64,000 nucleotides of DNA, from contig OX597817.1 in NCBI GenBank assembly GCA_951406725.2, positions 115,568,001 to 115,632,000 of the forward strand, in the 5' to 3' direction. The position numbers and the translations under genes are program-made. Of this stretch, positions 1 to 13,590 are shown piece after piece (within the stretch, counting starts at the first letter, position 1; every line of letters begins with the position of its first letter). The notes beneath the pieces were generated by a model. The model ran no database searches. It saw nothing but the letters and a program-made list of their open reading frames with translations, and had not been told where the DNA came from. The stretch is from Octopus vulgaris (taxonomy: Eukaryota).

Positions 1-333
1 TCAGTGGAATGCCTCCACGTTCCATATCTTCCTGGCTCCGTAACGTTTGTGGCGTCCCACTATTCAATAGTGTACCTCGTGTACGAAGTGCATTTACCAA
101 ACCTAAGATTGTGTTACGGATGAAAACAGCATGATTTTGGTGACTCGTTATTCTTCTTATAACTGTCGTAGGCAAACACACGATGCTCTATGGTCCAAAG
201 CGCAATGGTTTCACCTGAATAAAAAAAATGTTAAGACATCACGTACCAAATGGCAAATGTAGGACATATGTCACGCCCTCTAGGGCTGAGTTACAGCCAT
301 TTCAAAAACGTCCGTCTCCTCTGCCCCTCCCTG
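1..333 (-). mobile_element. Tc1/mariner-superfamily transposon 5' end with decayed N-terminal HTH (DUF4817-like) transposase, running off the window
   Basis: Minus strand starts TA|CAGGGAGGGG (TA target plus Tc1-like terminus at 333). Frameshifted translation reads LWTIEHRVFAYDSYKKNNES and NHAVFIRNTILGLVNALRTRGTLLNS, typical of these transposase N-termini. Confidence 0.65.
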
Positions 334-1206
334 TATATATATACACACACACATAACATAATATAATATATTATAATATAAAATAATATAATATAATACT
401 ACAATCAACAATTTACAGACAGTAACACAAAACAGCCAATTATGTTTTATGTTTTATTTGTACCTTTTCTTCGTGCGTCTACGTATGTGTGTGTATGTGT
501 GTGTGCGTGTGTGTGTGTGTGTCTGTGTGCATCTGTGTGTATGTATATATATGTATGATATGTGTTTATATGTTTGTGTCTGAAAGGTAGATACAGAGTG
601 GAAGAAAGAGACATAAAGAGGGAGAGAGAGAGAGAGAAAGAGAGTGAGAAGAGAGAAGAGTAGATGATGGAGCAGAGTGGAAGCTCCGGGAGTCGACTTG
701 AGGAAAGATGGAGATGGAAACTCAGGCAGGTGCTAATATCGTTTTGTATTCTTATATTGAGAAATCGAAATCCTGTGAAATAGCTGAAGCAAAGTCGCAC
801 TTACCCAAGGTCCCCGAAGGCAGAGTATCTGGTATAATATTCCTCTTCAAATTGTTTTGAAGTATTTTCCACCAGAACAATAAAGCTCACTGAGACCTGC
901 CAAGAAGTAGAGGTTTCAGCTTCACAGACACAAAAAAAAGCATTTGTAGACAATATCTAAATTGTTGCGACCTCACTCGCCAGTATACAGATTTTCCAAT
1001 CTACAGAAATCACGTCTTGTGTAAGTATATATATGTATTTACATATACATACGTACATACACACATACATATATATATACATACGCACATACAGTCATGT
1101 ATATATATATGTATATATAAATATATAAATGTATATAAAAATAAATATATATCTCTATCGATCTATCAATCTATATTTATATATATATCATACATTCCTT
1201 TTATAT

Positions 1207-2475
1207 ACATGGTGCGTCGAGTATTTGAAGACATTTCGTTTGTAGTTCATTAAACCTTCAAATTAATTAATGCATCATTTGTTTTTTTTTTTAAATAACC
1301 CTTTCAAGATATCATGTTAACTCGTGAAAGGAGAAGTCATGCAGTCATAATTGTTATACATGCAAACCACAGTGACTTAGAAATTGGCAACTTCCTAAAT
1401 GTTGCAAAATCATTTTTACACGAAGTTCAGTTGAAACTGGAAGCACTTGATGATAATAGTTCGCCTGTATAAAAGAAAAAAAAATCATTCACAACGCTCA
1501 GACACTAAAAGGACATCGGAATTTATACATGTTGAAAACTTTATCGATGAAAACCCCAGAAGACCAATGAGGTCAATCGCTATAAAACCTCAGGTGTCAA
1601 GAGTGGACTATCAGAACTGCGGTACATCGTGACATTCGATACAAGTTCTATGTAATGAGGAAATGCGAATTCTTGTCTGCAAAGACACAGGAAAACCGTC
1701 TCATCCGTTTAAAACGGTTACTTAACAAAGGGAAAAAACTCTCATGAACAAGTCATGCTTTGGTTTTTCTCGGACGAAAAAATCTTTGACCAGGATCAAA
1801 AGTCTAACAGAACAAATGACATGTGGTTATATGCAGATCCTAAAGGACTCAGAGTGATACATACGAAATTTCCCGCAACTGTAACGGTTTTAGGAATGGT
1901 GAGTAGCGAAGATCATGTGATGTCTCCCCACTTTTTTCCACAGGGTCTTAGAATTAATGCTGCAGGATACATTGAGGTACTAGAAAATGTTATCAAGTCA
2001 TGGATTGATGAAGTATGCAATGGAAGGCCATACATGTTTCAACAAGTTTCAGCACCTCACAAAGTCCTAGTCACCCATGAATGGTTCTCAGACAATATTT
2101 GCGATTATGTAACACCCGAAATGTGATCTCCAAACTTGCGAGATTTGAACGCCATGGACTACTACAGTGTGAAGCCCTGTTGAAAGGGAGACTAATTGTC
2201 ATCCTCATAATACCATAGCTTCACTGAAGGCCGCCATTGTCCAGGTGATGTCCGAAATGAATAGGAACCATATAGTGTCAGTATGTCAGCGGTTTCGGGC
2301 CCGGGGTGAAGCAGTCATTGAAGCCAAAGACGGTTTCATAGAATAGTTTGCTTAAAACAATCATTATCAAGACTAATTGCAAAAAATGTTTATTGAAATT
2401 CATATTTATTTATGCTGAAATATAGCTATTTTATTGTATACCAAAAACTTGCCTTAAATACCCTTCGCACTCGTT
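1207..2475 (+). mobile_element. Near full-length decayed Tc1/mariner (maT/DD37D-like) DNA transposon; transposase pseudogene about 1314-2346
   Basis: ATG at 1314 (MLTRERRSHAVII...LEIGNFLNVAKSF); ORF 1755-2126 with WFFSDEKIF and YMFQQVSAPHK; then *SPNLRDLNAMDYY and EAKDGFIE* ending at 2346. Degenerate TIRs near 1207-1240 and 2441-2475; several frameshifts and stops. Confidence 0.85.
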
Positions 2476-3943
2476 AGAATATAATTTTATTCAGGTTAGA
2501 TGTAGAATTTTCTGTTCTTTACCTACGCCATAAAAGTTACGCCGTGACATAGGTTTTCTAATATTTCGTGATTCAATAATGGTTTTACTATCAGTTTCCG
2601 AGCATTGGTGAGTATGGAATTGTCTTTTAGTGCAACGATAAATGCTATTACATCTAATTAAAATGCTCATAGATTTACTACAGGGAGTTTTGTTGTCACT
2701 TTAAGATGCTTAAGCTGAGGAAAGAAATGATAAAAATAGTGAAATAGTACGTCTTTTACATTCTCATTCATTTGTTATTTTGCCGGAATCTTATGATTAT
2801 TAGCAACTGAGTTGAAATACATATTCAGATGCTTTTAATTCTATCAATTCCTCTTCTTTTATTAATTAGAAAATTAATTATATTTAGAGTCATATAATTG
2901 CAAAATATACCGATATAGTATCTTCAATGCTTGCCCATCACTTTTGTTAGGCTTCTTAGAGAAGATAGTAAATAGAATGTATCTTCAGAAAGAAAATTTT
3001 AATGAATTTAATGTGAAATGAATCATCTATATTTAATTGAAATGAAGAGAAACTAATGACTCGGATAAACATTTTATAAATTCATTTAGAATATTTTGCA
3101 ATATATCATTTAATGAAGATTGAGTTGTTTATGTCAATATCGTATATTTATATAATAGTTTCCACACACTTGGATATGAATAGAAAATGTTCTATATTAT
3201 AGTTATTAAGTGAAATTAAACACCGTAAGCATTTACGATAAACATATTTGTCTGCACGTCAAGTGTAGATAGATAATAATGTCTATAGTAGAAGATTTAT
3301 AAATTAACTATAATACTAGTGACCCATCGGCTTTCCTCTAATTACCTTGCTACTGATGATAAACGCAAAAATTATTTTCCTTTCAGAACAATCTAAACAT
3401 CTCTGTCCCTACAGGACTGGTGCTTTATCGACTTTTGAACGATGAATATTTAAACGAATAATGACAAGGCGCAGAAGTCGGACACTAAAGCTATATCATC
3501 CAATTGTCTCTCGACTTACCACGTATATTGTTTCCTTAAATTATTTAACTGCTAACTTATAATTACATTAAATGATATGGAACATCTTGGATACATCATA
3601 TACAGAAATGAATACAATCCAGAGTGTTATGAATTGCCGTTTGCCAATAGGGAATTAATTATCAACTCCATCATTTTGAGGCATTGTTGAGGTGTTCAGA
3701 GATCTTAGCTGGAAAGTGATCTTAGATGGAAAGTGAATTTGTAAAAGGTGACTGCTGTAAAAGCTGTCGCTCGTGGTGAATAGAAGATATGTGTTGCAAT
3801 TATTAAAAACATTATGTATGTCTTTAGTGTGTGAGAGTATTCCGTTTCTGAATAGATTTTGAATAATTTTTTTTTGTTTCCGGTTGAATTCCAATATGTG
3901 GCTATAGTTCAATTCTCAAGCGTCCTAACTTTACGTTATTTAC

Positions 3944-4900
3944 AACCGATAGGTTCAATTTATTACTAAATCAAATAACCTGAAATGGGGTATGTGTGTA
4001 TCTGTGAGTGAGAGATAGATTGATAGATAGATAGAGATAGAGAAAGAGAGACAGACAGAGTGTATGTGAGCGTGTATAGAAATTTGGATTTGGATTTACT
4101 TAACGCGGTGAATAAGCGATTTATAGAACTTAGATGACTTAACATCGTTTTCGGTATATCAGAAAATGTGTGATTTAAACGGAAAAGATAGATCCTTGTC
4201 GTTAAAACTCATTATACAAGCATTTGTTTTGAGAAGGAATTGAAATCGGGTTGTGTCATCATTCATTTGGAATTCACAAAGTCTACGAAATATATATTTT
4301 AATAAATAAAAATAAATGTGTAAAGATAATGTAAACGCTAGATCGTAAAGTTGCAGTATGCTAGAGTCTGAAATATTTTCGCTTAAACGTTAAACGCTTA
4401 AAAGTTATAAGAGGATAGAAAGAAAGGCTTATTGTTTCATGCTTGAACTCAAAGACAACAATTTTACGATACTGCAATTTTACGATCTAGCGTTTACATT
4501 ATCTTTACACATTTATTTTTATTTATTAAAATATATATTTCGTAGACTTCGTGAATTCCAAATGAATGATGACACAAAACGATTTCAATTCCTTCTCAAA
4601 ACAAATGCTTGTATAATGAGTTTTATCGACAAGGATCTATCTTTTCCGTTTAAATCACACATTTTCTAATATACCGAAAATGATGTTAAGTCATCTAAGT
4701 TCTATAAATCGCTTATTCACCGCATTAAGTAAATCCAAATCCAAATTTCTATACACCCACATTCTGTCTGTCTGTCTGTCTGCCTGTCTATCTCTCTCTC
4801 TCTCTATCTCTCTCTATCTATCAATCTATCTCCCACTCACAGATACACAGATACCCCATTTCCGGTTATTTGATTTAGTAATAAATTGAACCTATCGGTT
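3944..4900. repeat. Long inverted repeat / foldback element: arms 3944-4359 and 4469-4900, 109-nt spacer
   Basis: AACCGATAGGTTCAATTTATTACTAAATCAAATAACC at the left matches GGTTATTTGATTTAGTAATAAATTGAACCTATCGGTT at the right as reverse complement; the arms align throughout with few differences. Confidence 0.95.
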
Positions 4901-7084
4901 CAAAACTAAGCATAGAAGCATTTTGTGAATACTGTTCAAATAGTGTTTATAATAGATATTAGCATTATCAATGTTGTGTAGTATAGTTTACATGAAACAT
5001 TACCTGATAGTTATATTTAAAAAAAATTATATTTTTCATAAAGCCGAAACAATGCAAGTTATAAGAAATAGAATGCTTCAGGATTAGGAACACTTCTTCA
5101 GGAAATGTTTGGAGAAAAGATGTTGTTAGTTAATTTCTCTGTTCTAGAAAGAAATATCGACGTACAAGTTAAAAGTAAAAGTCATCGACAGGCCTTATGT
5201 TTTTTTTAAATAGCATTGTTTTGACTTAACGATTCAAATAAACACTATTGCTATGTGTGTGTGCATGCATATGTATACGTTGGTAATATTTCTATGGAAA
5301 GAAACTACAAGAAAAAATATGAATCAATTTACGTTTAATTTTGGCATAAATAAAGTATTGTGTACGGATAACCGTTATTCTCGATAACTAAAATAATGTA
5401 CTTATAAAAGTAAATCCTTGTAGGAAAATCGAAATAAATTTATAAGGAGTTGTTGCTATATAACTTGCAATGGCTTAATCAGTAAATATTCATTAATATC
5501 GTAGTGTATAGAGACCACTGAAAGCATATAGAGATATTCAAACTAGATATATTTTGGAATTGTAACTGGGCCCGCAATTCATGATTTATTATAAGCATTT
5601 AATTTAAGTACACACACATACACATATGTATGTAGACAATATACAGTAAAGACAAAAGCGGTTGCAGTGCTGTAGCATTATTGGAAAGATTCTTAGCATT
5701 CATGTGTTGAGATGCATTTCTTCTATCAAAAAGTTTTAACTGTAACAGATTGGAGAATATATGTATTAGGAAGCTCCTCTAACCCTATGCAAACTCACCG
5801 ACACTGGCAAAAATTGTTTTTTCTTTTCCTGGAAAACTTTCTAATTCAACACTTGGTGTAAACACATAATTAGAGAGGAAATTTCAGAAGGCCTATCTAA
5901 TTAAAATCTACTGAACTACGATATGACACACTTCAACACTACACAACTTCATTTATTAATTATCTTTATTATGCAGACAGTTATAAAATACCAGATATGA
6001 AATGCCTGGTCACCTCCTGCTCAAATTATTTATGTTCACTGGGCATAGTGATTATTACGAGACCTGGCAGGATAGACGCAGGAAACGTGGCGAGAGTGGT
6101 TGAGATGTGAAAATCAAGACTACCTCATTTGCGTATCGTGAGTTGCGTATCCGAGGAGCAGAAACTTTTATAACACCGGTAGGAAAAACACACAGAATTG
6201 CGTGACAGTAATAATTTTATACAAATCTGTTGGGTTGACTCGTTGCTGAATGCAGTTCAGTTAGCATGTAGGTGTGTGTGTGAGAGAGACATAGCGTGTG
6301 TTTGTATGTGTGTATGTGTGTGTATGTGTGCAAATGTTGGCAGCATTTGCCTGGTCCCAGGTATAGCATCAGTGCTACATTGTGGACACATCTGAGCTGT
6401 GTATCAGTATTGTTGAAGGCTAATATTTTCCCACAAACTGATTGATTGAGAGAACTCTAGCTGAGTGCATCATGACTAGGATGAGCGGTCATATCATGTT
6501 GGTAAGAAAGCATGTGTGTTCTCTCGATGTCTAAAAAGACAGTATTTGTATGACTCTAGTGGGATTTCCTTCGAGTTTTCTGATCACAAATAGGGACGTG
6601 TTTGGCGTGTTGGAGCGGGATGACTTTCAATGGTGAATGCTTTGAGAATGTTTGAGAGATATGAAAGACAGTGTTACCTCGGGTCGTTTTTGGTCATGGC
6701 AATGAATATGATATTGATACATACATACGTACGTACATACCTACTTACACAAATACATATACAGAATATATGGTTGCTTCTTCCAAATTAATATAACTAC
6801 TATATGTATCGTGAGAGACTGATTACTATTGATAATCCTTTAAAAATGATTTTTTCTCCCCTCTATATCCCTGAAGAATGTATATGCATCTTTAATATGT
6901 TTATCATTATCAATTTGATTTAAATGGGATGCATAATTCATGAAATGATCGTAAGAATTTTAAATATCTTCATATTATCTACTGTACATTATTATTTAAT
7001 CATTAATATAGTTTTACAATTCTATATATTAATATATCTTTTATTGTGATTATTCCAAATATAAACTTTCCATTCTCTCTTATA

Positions 7085-7173
<89 letters not shown>

Positions 7174-8112
7174 GAGACAATGCAGGACTAAATGGAATCA
7201 GAAGGAGGCTTGAGGTTATAAGGTATGCAAAGATGACCGTCAACATAAACCGAAACAGTGCTATATTATAAGAAGCTACTGACTCCAGAGATGAGCGATT
7301 TCAAACATATCTCTTTCTATCAGTGATTTATCAACCGCCAACGTATTAAAGTTCTGTTAGAGATTTAGTGAAAAAAAGAGTTGTTACAAAGCAGTCATAC
7401 AAGATATTACTATGTACATGTGATACGTAATTTAATTTACAATTGTAGTTTTGATGTCAAATAAATTACAAAACAGCTTTGATATAATGTTATATAAATT
7501 GATATCTTCATCATTCTACTCGATTTGTGCAGGTTGTCTATTCTTTATTATGTTTATTATGTTTCTATCACTTAGAAAATGTCAAGCTAGTCAAGGAATG
7601 AGAATATTATTTGGTTATTTAGTTATTTTTTACTTTTATTTAAATATGATTAGCTGAAATTCATAGATGTCTGCCTGGAGAGAACAGAATATGTTGCTTG
7701 TAGTTATGTGAATTTAAGAAGTCAAATTTACGTTTTACTAGTTCGATAGATTGAATATATACCATTCCGATAGATTGAATATATATCATTTCGTTCATTT
7801 CCTGTTTATTGCTGTTGAATTCGCAATATGAAGTGGTGTAACAAAAATGGCATAACGAAAGAGTTATTTCTCTATATGCTCTACCTATTCACTTAGCCAA
7901 TTTTGAGTATGTGCTAACTGAAAGAATAAAATCATTTAAAGAATTTTATGCAGACGCAAATATTAGGATCTATTATGTAAGTTAATATTTACGTCGTTCT
8001 TTGTTAAGAGCGGCAGATAAAAAGAAATCGCTGAAGCGTCGGAGGAGATAGTAACCTGACGTTTTAGCTACATCTGTTTATTTTCTGAGTTCACTTCAAT
8101 CTAAATTGGTAT

Positions 8113-8382
8113 GCGGAGGCACATGGCCTAGTGGTTAGAGCAGCGAACTCGCAGTCGAGAGATCGCAGGTTAGAATCTCAGACCGGCTCCGGCAGAAGGT
8201 AATGGCGAACTTCTGCTGACTCTTTCGCCACAACATTCTCTCACACTTTCCTCCTGCATCTTGCAGCTCACCTGCGACGGACCGACGTCCTGTCCTGGTG
8301 GGGAACTTATACGCCAAGGAAACCGGAAGATCGACCCTTATGAGCCAGGCATGGCTCGAGAAGGAACAAACAAAACAACAAA
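8113..8382 (+). mobile_element. tRNA-derived SINE, family A (internally deleted copy)
   Basis: A box TGGCCTAGTGG, B-box-like GGTTAGAATC, tail GGAACAAACAAAACAAC; homologous to copies at 12367-12903 (-) and 52428-52727 (+). Confidence 0.9.
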
Positions 8383-11300
8383 TGTGTATCTCTCTATAAA
8401 ATATGAAATAAGTACCATCAACTGGAATCGAATGACTATATTGGGTACTTCCTAGCTTCTGATGCTATCTACCTGTATTGGAAATAATTATTTTAACGAC
8501 CTTAAAATCATCAGAATGCCAAAATTACGTGTGAGATATCTTACTTCTAATTATGTGTAGCCAAAATTTACTTTCACTCTTCTAAATTTATTTAAAGGGA
8601 AATCTGTTCTTTGTAATTCTGAAAAATATGAAATTTGTAGTTTCTTGTGTTTAAAAGAAACGAATATACTGATTTTTTAAAAATTATTATTTTGAAAATT
8701 TTGATAATTGTATTGAGGTTTGATCGAACCATACTTCAGATACTGATTGTTTTTAAATCTGACGCGTCTGTGAAATTAACGAAAATCATTGAAGATTGAT
8801 ATAATGGTGGGCTGGCAAATATGATATATTGTAATTAGTGATGGGTCTTTGTGCATTTGTTCTATTTCTCATTATGAAATCACACGAAACATGTTCCATA
8901 GGCTAATTCTATGCAAAGTTTCAATGAAAATTGGGATGAACATTACAACAATTCTCTATATGCATGAATATTTAAGATTGCCAATAAAGATATTCTGGAT
9001 GTAAACTCTGTCAAGATTGTCTTTTCCCTTATGCTCTCGAAGTCGATAACATAAGCCGAGGACTAGTGTCTAGGGTCAAAATATTTGGCTCATACCACCC
9101 TGTCTCAAACATCAGTAGAGTTGATCATCCAGAGGTGAATGCATTTCTATACGTCTTATGATAGAAGGGTCAACAAACTGGCTCTGTATGTGAGGATAAA
9201 TAAAGAGTAATCGCAAATTCATGTAGTGGACGTTATAATACATTGACGTAAGCCATCAGCATTCCTAGACACTAATGAAGTTTCAGTTCCAGTTTGAGGC
9301 ATTTTCCTTCATTTATATCACGAATGTTTGTGGGAAGGTCACGAGAGTCACAAGATTCCATTTCTTCTCCTTTCAACAACTTTAGCTTCTTGCCTACATT
9401 AAATGTAAGTTGCATAGTGTTTTATGTTATTCACAGCATGCTTTATACATATAAAACGCTTGCAGCGTTTTTTGCAGCTAGTACCACTTTAACTTGCTAA
9501 ACATTTATTGACATAAAAGTTTTTTCCAGATGTTGAGTATATAAATATTTATTGAAATACTTCATTGACGAAGTTAGATTTTGTTAAAAATGCTATTTCA
9601 TTGATTTCGTGATGGACATAATAAGCGTATACAATATTTTTAGAAGGTTACTGAACCATCAGAGTATCGATGTATTTTACAGCATTATACATTATATATT
9701 AGAAATCACATAATATATAATAAATTCGGCTATGCATTCGCATTTCTATGTATGTTCATTAGATATCTGAAAAATGAAGCTATTAAAAGAGAGAATTCAC
9801 TTCAAAGAGAGAGAAAGATACAGATAGGTAGAAAGAGAAAGACAGAAAGAGAGACAGGATTAAATGTGGTTCCTATTTCCTATGAATATAGAAGAAATGT
9901 ATTTTAGGTACTTTTTCATTTTTTTTAGGTCGGTTTTTTAAGAGATGTTTGACTGGTTGAGAGGTGATACCGCGATTCATTACGCGGTCGCGTGTATTAG
10001 CACGTTCAGGAAAATACTATTGTTTGTATGGTGGATTCTTTCAGGTGCACATGTGCGGTGCCGCCACTCGAATTCCAGTCGAGAATGGTGTAAAGGGCAA
10101 AGTAAAAACAGAGAATAAGGTGTTTGTCTCGATTAAACATGTGCTCAAAACACAAATAGGTAAGAGCCTGTATGACAGTCACTTTACTAGCATCATCCTA
10201 CCTGAGTTATTATAGGCGTGTCGAAAACTACTAAGGAAAAGAAAGAATAACTATTGGCTACTGTCAAGAGCGCTGTGTCAGATATATGAGAGGGGCATCA
10301 CTCGCTGTGAATAACTGAAAAGAAGTACTTTGTGAACGGTCTAGCCTGGGCTATATGATGCAGAATACGGAAGTTCTGCTAGGTTGTCTACGTCACAAGG
10401 CACACATGCAACAGCTGAACCCGTGCATTTATTGAATGGTATAGAAGTGAGCAGATCAGAAAAGACAAATTTGAAGACATATGAGACGATGGGAAGACGA
10501 GCTAGTAAAAAAAAGTCTGGTCTAAGCGGGAGAGATCAAGCAACTGGAAACCACAAGTACATTGTGACCTGAAATTCATGAGATTTATACAAATATCTGA
10601 TAGGCGACTCAATAAAGCGATACAGCGACAGAAATGTCATATACCTGTAACATATCAGTGCAGAATCCGAAGGAAGGAAACATCCAAATAAAACTATCAG
10701 CATAGTAACCATAATTCTCTATAAATGTAGATACATCTATAGCCTAATTTTGGATATGTGTGTATTATCGATTATATCGTATGTTTATACGCAATATGTA
10801 AGACAAATATATAAGAGATACTTCCGAATTTTATATATCTGAGAGTCGATCATCATTTTATCACCCGAAGCTTCAGGTGTAAGCTATTGTATCATAGAAT
10901 ATATTTGAAGAGGAATTTTTACTGGTTTGAAATTGATGAAAGTCTATTTAGTTCCAAATCCCCCTATGGCACAGCATTGAATACATTCAAGTTTTCCATT
11001 ACGCATTTGAGACCTAACTTTAAATCAGAAGGGAATCTATTAAGAAGATTATTGATAACGTAGTAATGATGGATAATAAAGTAGTTATGAGAAGAATGAG
11101 AATAAATACAATACTTAATTAAGTAGGCAGCACATCAGAGGACTCAACTGGAGTGTTTGGAATAGATTATTATTGACATGACCACTCTATCTACATTTCA
11201 TTGAGTGGGAAATGAATATTCTAAGCAGAATTTACGACTCGTAATATTCTAATTTTCATAAGTTTCTCACTATCAGGACAATGCAATGATAGTCCGTTGT

Positions 11301-12366
11301 AACGACATTTATTTCCACATGGTATAATGATTACACATTTTAATGAAGGCTTTGCAAGATGTAATGTTGAAAGGAAATGTCATCGAAAGTAATTCCCAAA
11401 CTCAGCTTAGCAATGAAATTACGAACGATGTTAGATCTAACAATGTTTTATTTGTGACTTCATGTATGAAGATGGAGAAGAAAACATTTATGGCTTGCAT
11501 TCTTTTCCAAAATATATTGGAGTGTAACATTGTAAATGGAGTGATATATCTTCAGCTTGGAATTGAAACTTAACAGATTTCAGCACTTATTGCGGCTAAT
11601 TCTGATGTGATAATTTTTAAAACAAGAAATGATCCATAATGAGATTTTAATGCAGAGTTCTTAACAAAGTGACAGTGTTGCATTTCTTTCCATCGTAATA
11701 CGGTAAAACGCAATCAAAGTACTTCACTGGTATTTATTGTATCGAAACTAGATACATCGAATTCGAACTTAGATTAAATGTAGATACGTTCAATATCAAA
11801 AACTATTTTCGCTATGTGCTACCCACTCTCACTGCTCTAGTAATCTCTCTAATACATATCGTGCAAATTAACACGTGTCCAATGAAAAGTTGGTAAAATT
11901 TATCAAATCTTTAAACACTAAGGTAAATGTAAATTGTATCAGTTTAAAGGATATATAGCAGATTTAGATTTGTACCAGAATTCTCGGAAATATGGAAATG
12001 TTTGCTGCTATATCTATTTAAACACACTGATCACATCTGAAAATTATTTTTATAATATTGTTTTCGTCGACGAATTAAAAGCTATTTGCATTCAATTGTT
12101 TAGCATCTCACTGTCACACTGGTTCACCCTCAATCACAGTCAACTCTGTTCAGTTGACGTCTATGTAAATAGGCAGCAAAAGTTTACAATGATCAAATCT
12201 AAAATGTATTTCACCTTACGTTAGCTCGATCAGGGCTGATATATTGTTAAAACACCAGACAAATAATCAATACTGTGTTGAATATTGTAGGAATATTTCA
12301 TTAAATTCCGGCGCTAAGTACAGAGGAAGATATTAGGAGTAACCACGTTCAAATCGATGTCGTCTC

Positions 12367-12903
12367 TTTTTTTGTTGTTTGTTCCTTCTCGAGCCAAGCC
12401 TGGCTCATAAGGGCCGGTTTCCCGGTTTCTTGGCGTATAAAAAAGGCGGCGAGCTGGCAGAAACGTTAGCACCTCGGGCCGTTACGTTGTGAGTTCAAAT
12501 TCCGCCGAGGTCGACTTTGCCTTTCATCCTATCGAGGTCGATAAATTAAGTACCAGTTACGCACTGGGTTCGATGTAATCGACTTAACACCTATGTCTGT
12601 CCTTGTTTGTCCCTTCTATGTTTAGCCCCTTGTGGGTAATAAAGAAATAGGTTTCTTGGCGTATATATTCCCTTCCTGGACGGGATGCCGGTCCGTCGCA
12701 GGTGAGCTGCAAGACGCAAGAGGAATGAGTGAGAGAAAGTTGTGGCGAAAGAGTCAGCAGAAGTTCGCCATTAACTTCTGCCGGAGCCGCGTGGAGCTTA
12801 GGTGTTTCGCTCATAAACACACACATCGCCCGGTCTGAGATTCGAACCCGCAATCTCTCAACCGCGAGTTCGCTGCTCTAACCACTAGGCCACGTGCCTC
12901 CAC
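12367..12903 (-). mobile_element. tRNA-derived SINE family A, interrupted by a family B SINE
   Basis: Reverse complement of the 8113/52428 element; flanking TSD TCGTCTCTT at 12360-12368 and 12904-12912. Confidence 0.9.
12445..12649 (+). mobile_element. tRNA-derived SINE family B nested in the family A SINE
   Basis: GGCGGCGAGCTGGCAGAAACGTTAGCA...GAGTTCAAATTCCGCCGAGGTCGACTTTGCCTTTCATCC; 16-bp TSD GGTTTCTTGGCGTATA at 12424-12439 and 12650-12665. Confidence 0.92.
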
Positions 12904-13393
12904 TCGTCTCTTAAGTGCGGAGACACGAATTGATTTAACAAATTGAGCAATCCATTCTACACATTCGGTATAAAGAAGCATTGGAAGCACACAAAATTAT
13001 ATGAGTTGTACTTGAAATACGTATGATATATGCATATAATATGTCCATAGATATGTACATTGAATATGTAGTTTGTTTCATGGCATTTCGTCTGATCCAT
13101 ACTTAACTTTTAATGTAGAGTTCTTAACAAAGTGACAGTGTTGCATATTTTTCCATCGTAATACTGTAAAATGCGATCAAAGTATTTAGGTGGTATTTAT
13201 TGTATCGAAACTAGATACATCGAATTTGAACTTAGATTAAATGTAGATAATTCAATATCTAAAATTATTTTTCTAATGTGCTACTCACTCTCACTGCTCT
13301 AGTAATTTCTCCAATACATATCGTGCAAATATGGTGAATTAGCATAAAACTAAGACCGTTGATCAATTACTTTGTAACATGTGTTTTGGCTTA

Positions 13394-13590
13394 AGGAGGT
13401 GAGCTATCACAATCATTAGCATACCAGGAGGAATGCTTAGCGGTGTTTTGTACGTCTTTAAGTTCTATGTTGAAATCCTTCGTCTTTACGGTGTTGATAA
13501 AATAAGTACATGTTGACCACTGGTCGATTTAATCGACTTAGCCCCTTCTCGAAATTGCTAGCCTTGTGCCAAAATTTGAAACGAGTATTT
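13394..13590 (+). mobile_element. Degenerate SINE family B copy
   Basis: GGAGGTGAGCT...ATGCTTAGCGGT...GATAAAATAAGTAC...AATCGACTTAGCCCC aligns to family B. Confidence 0.7.

Larger units (their letters stand above)
11645..13330 (+). repeat. Dispersed direct repeat of about 225 bp (11645-11869 and 13108-13330)
   Basis: Both copies run TTTTAATG.AGAGTTCTTAACAAAGTGACAGTGTTGCAT...AATACATATCGTGCAAAT with scattered substitutions. Confidence 0.9.
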
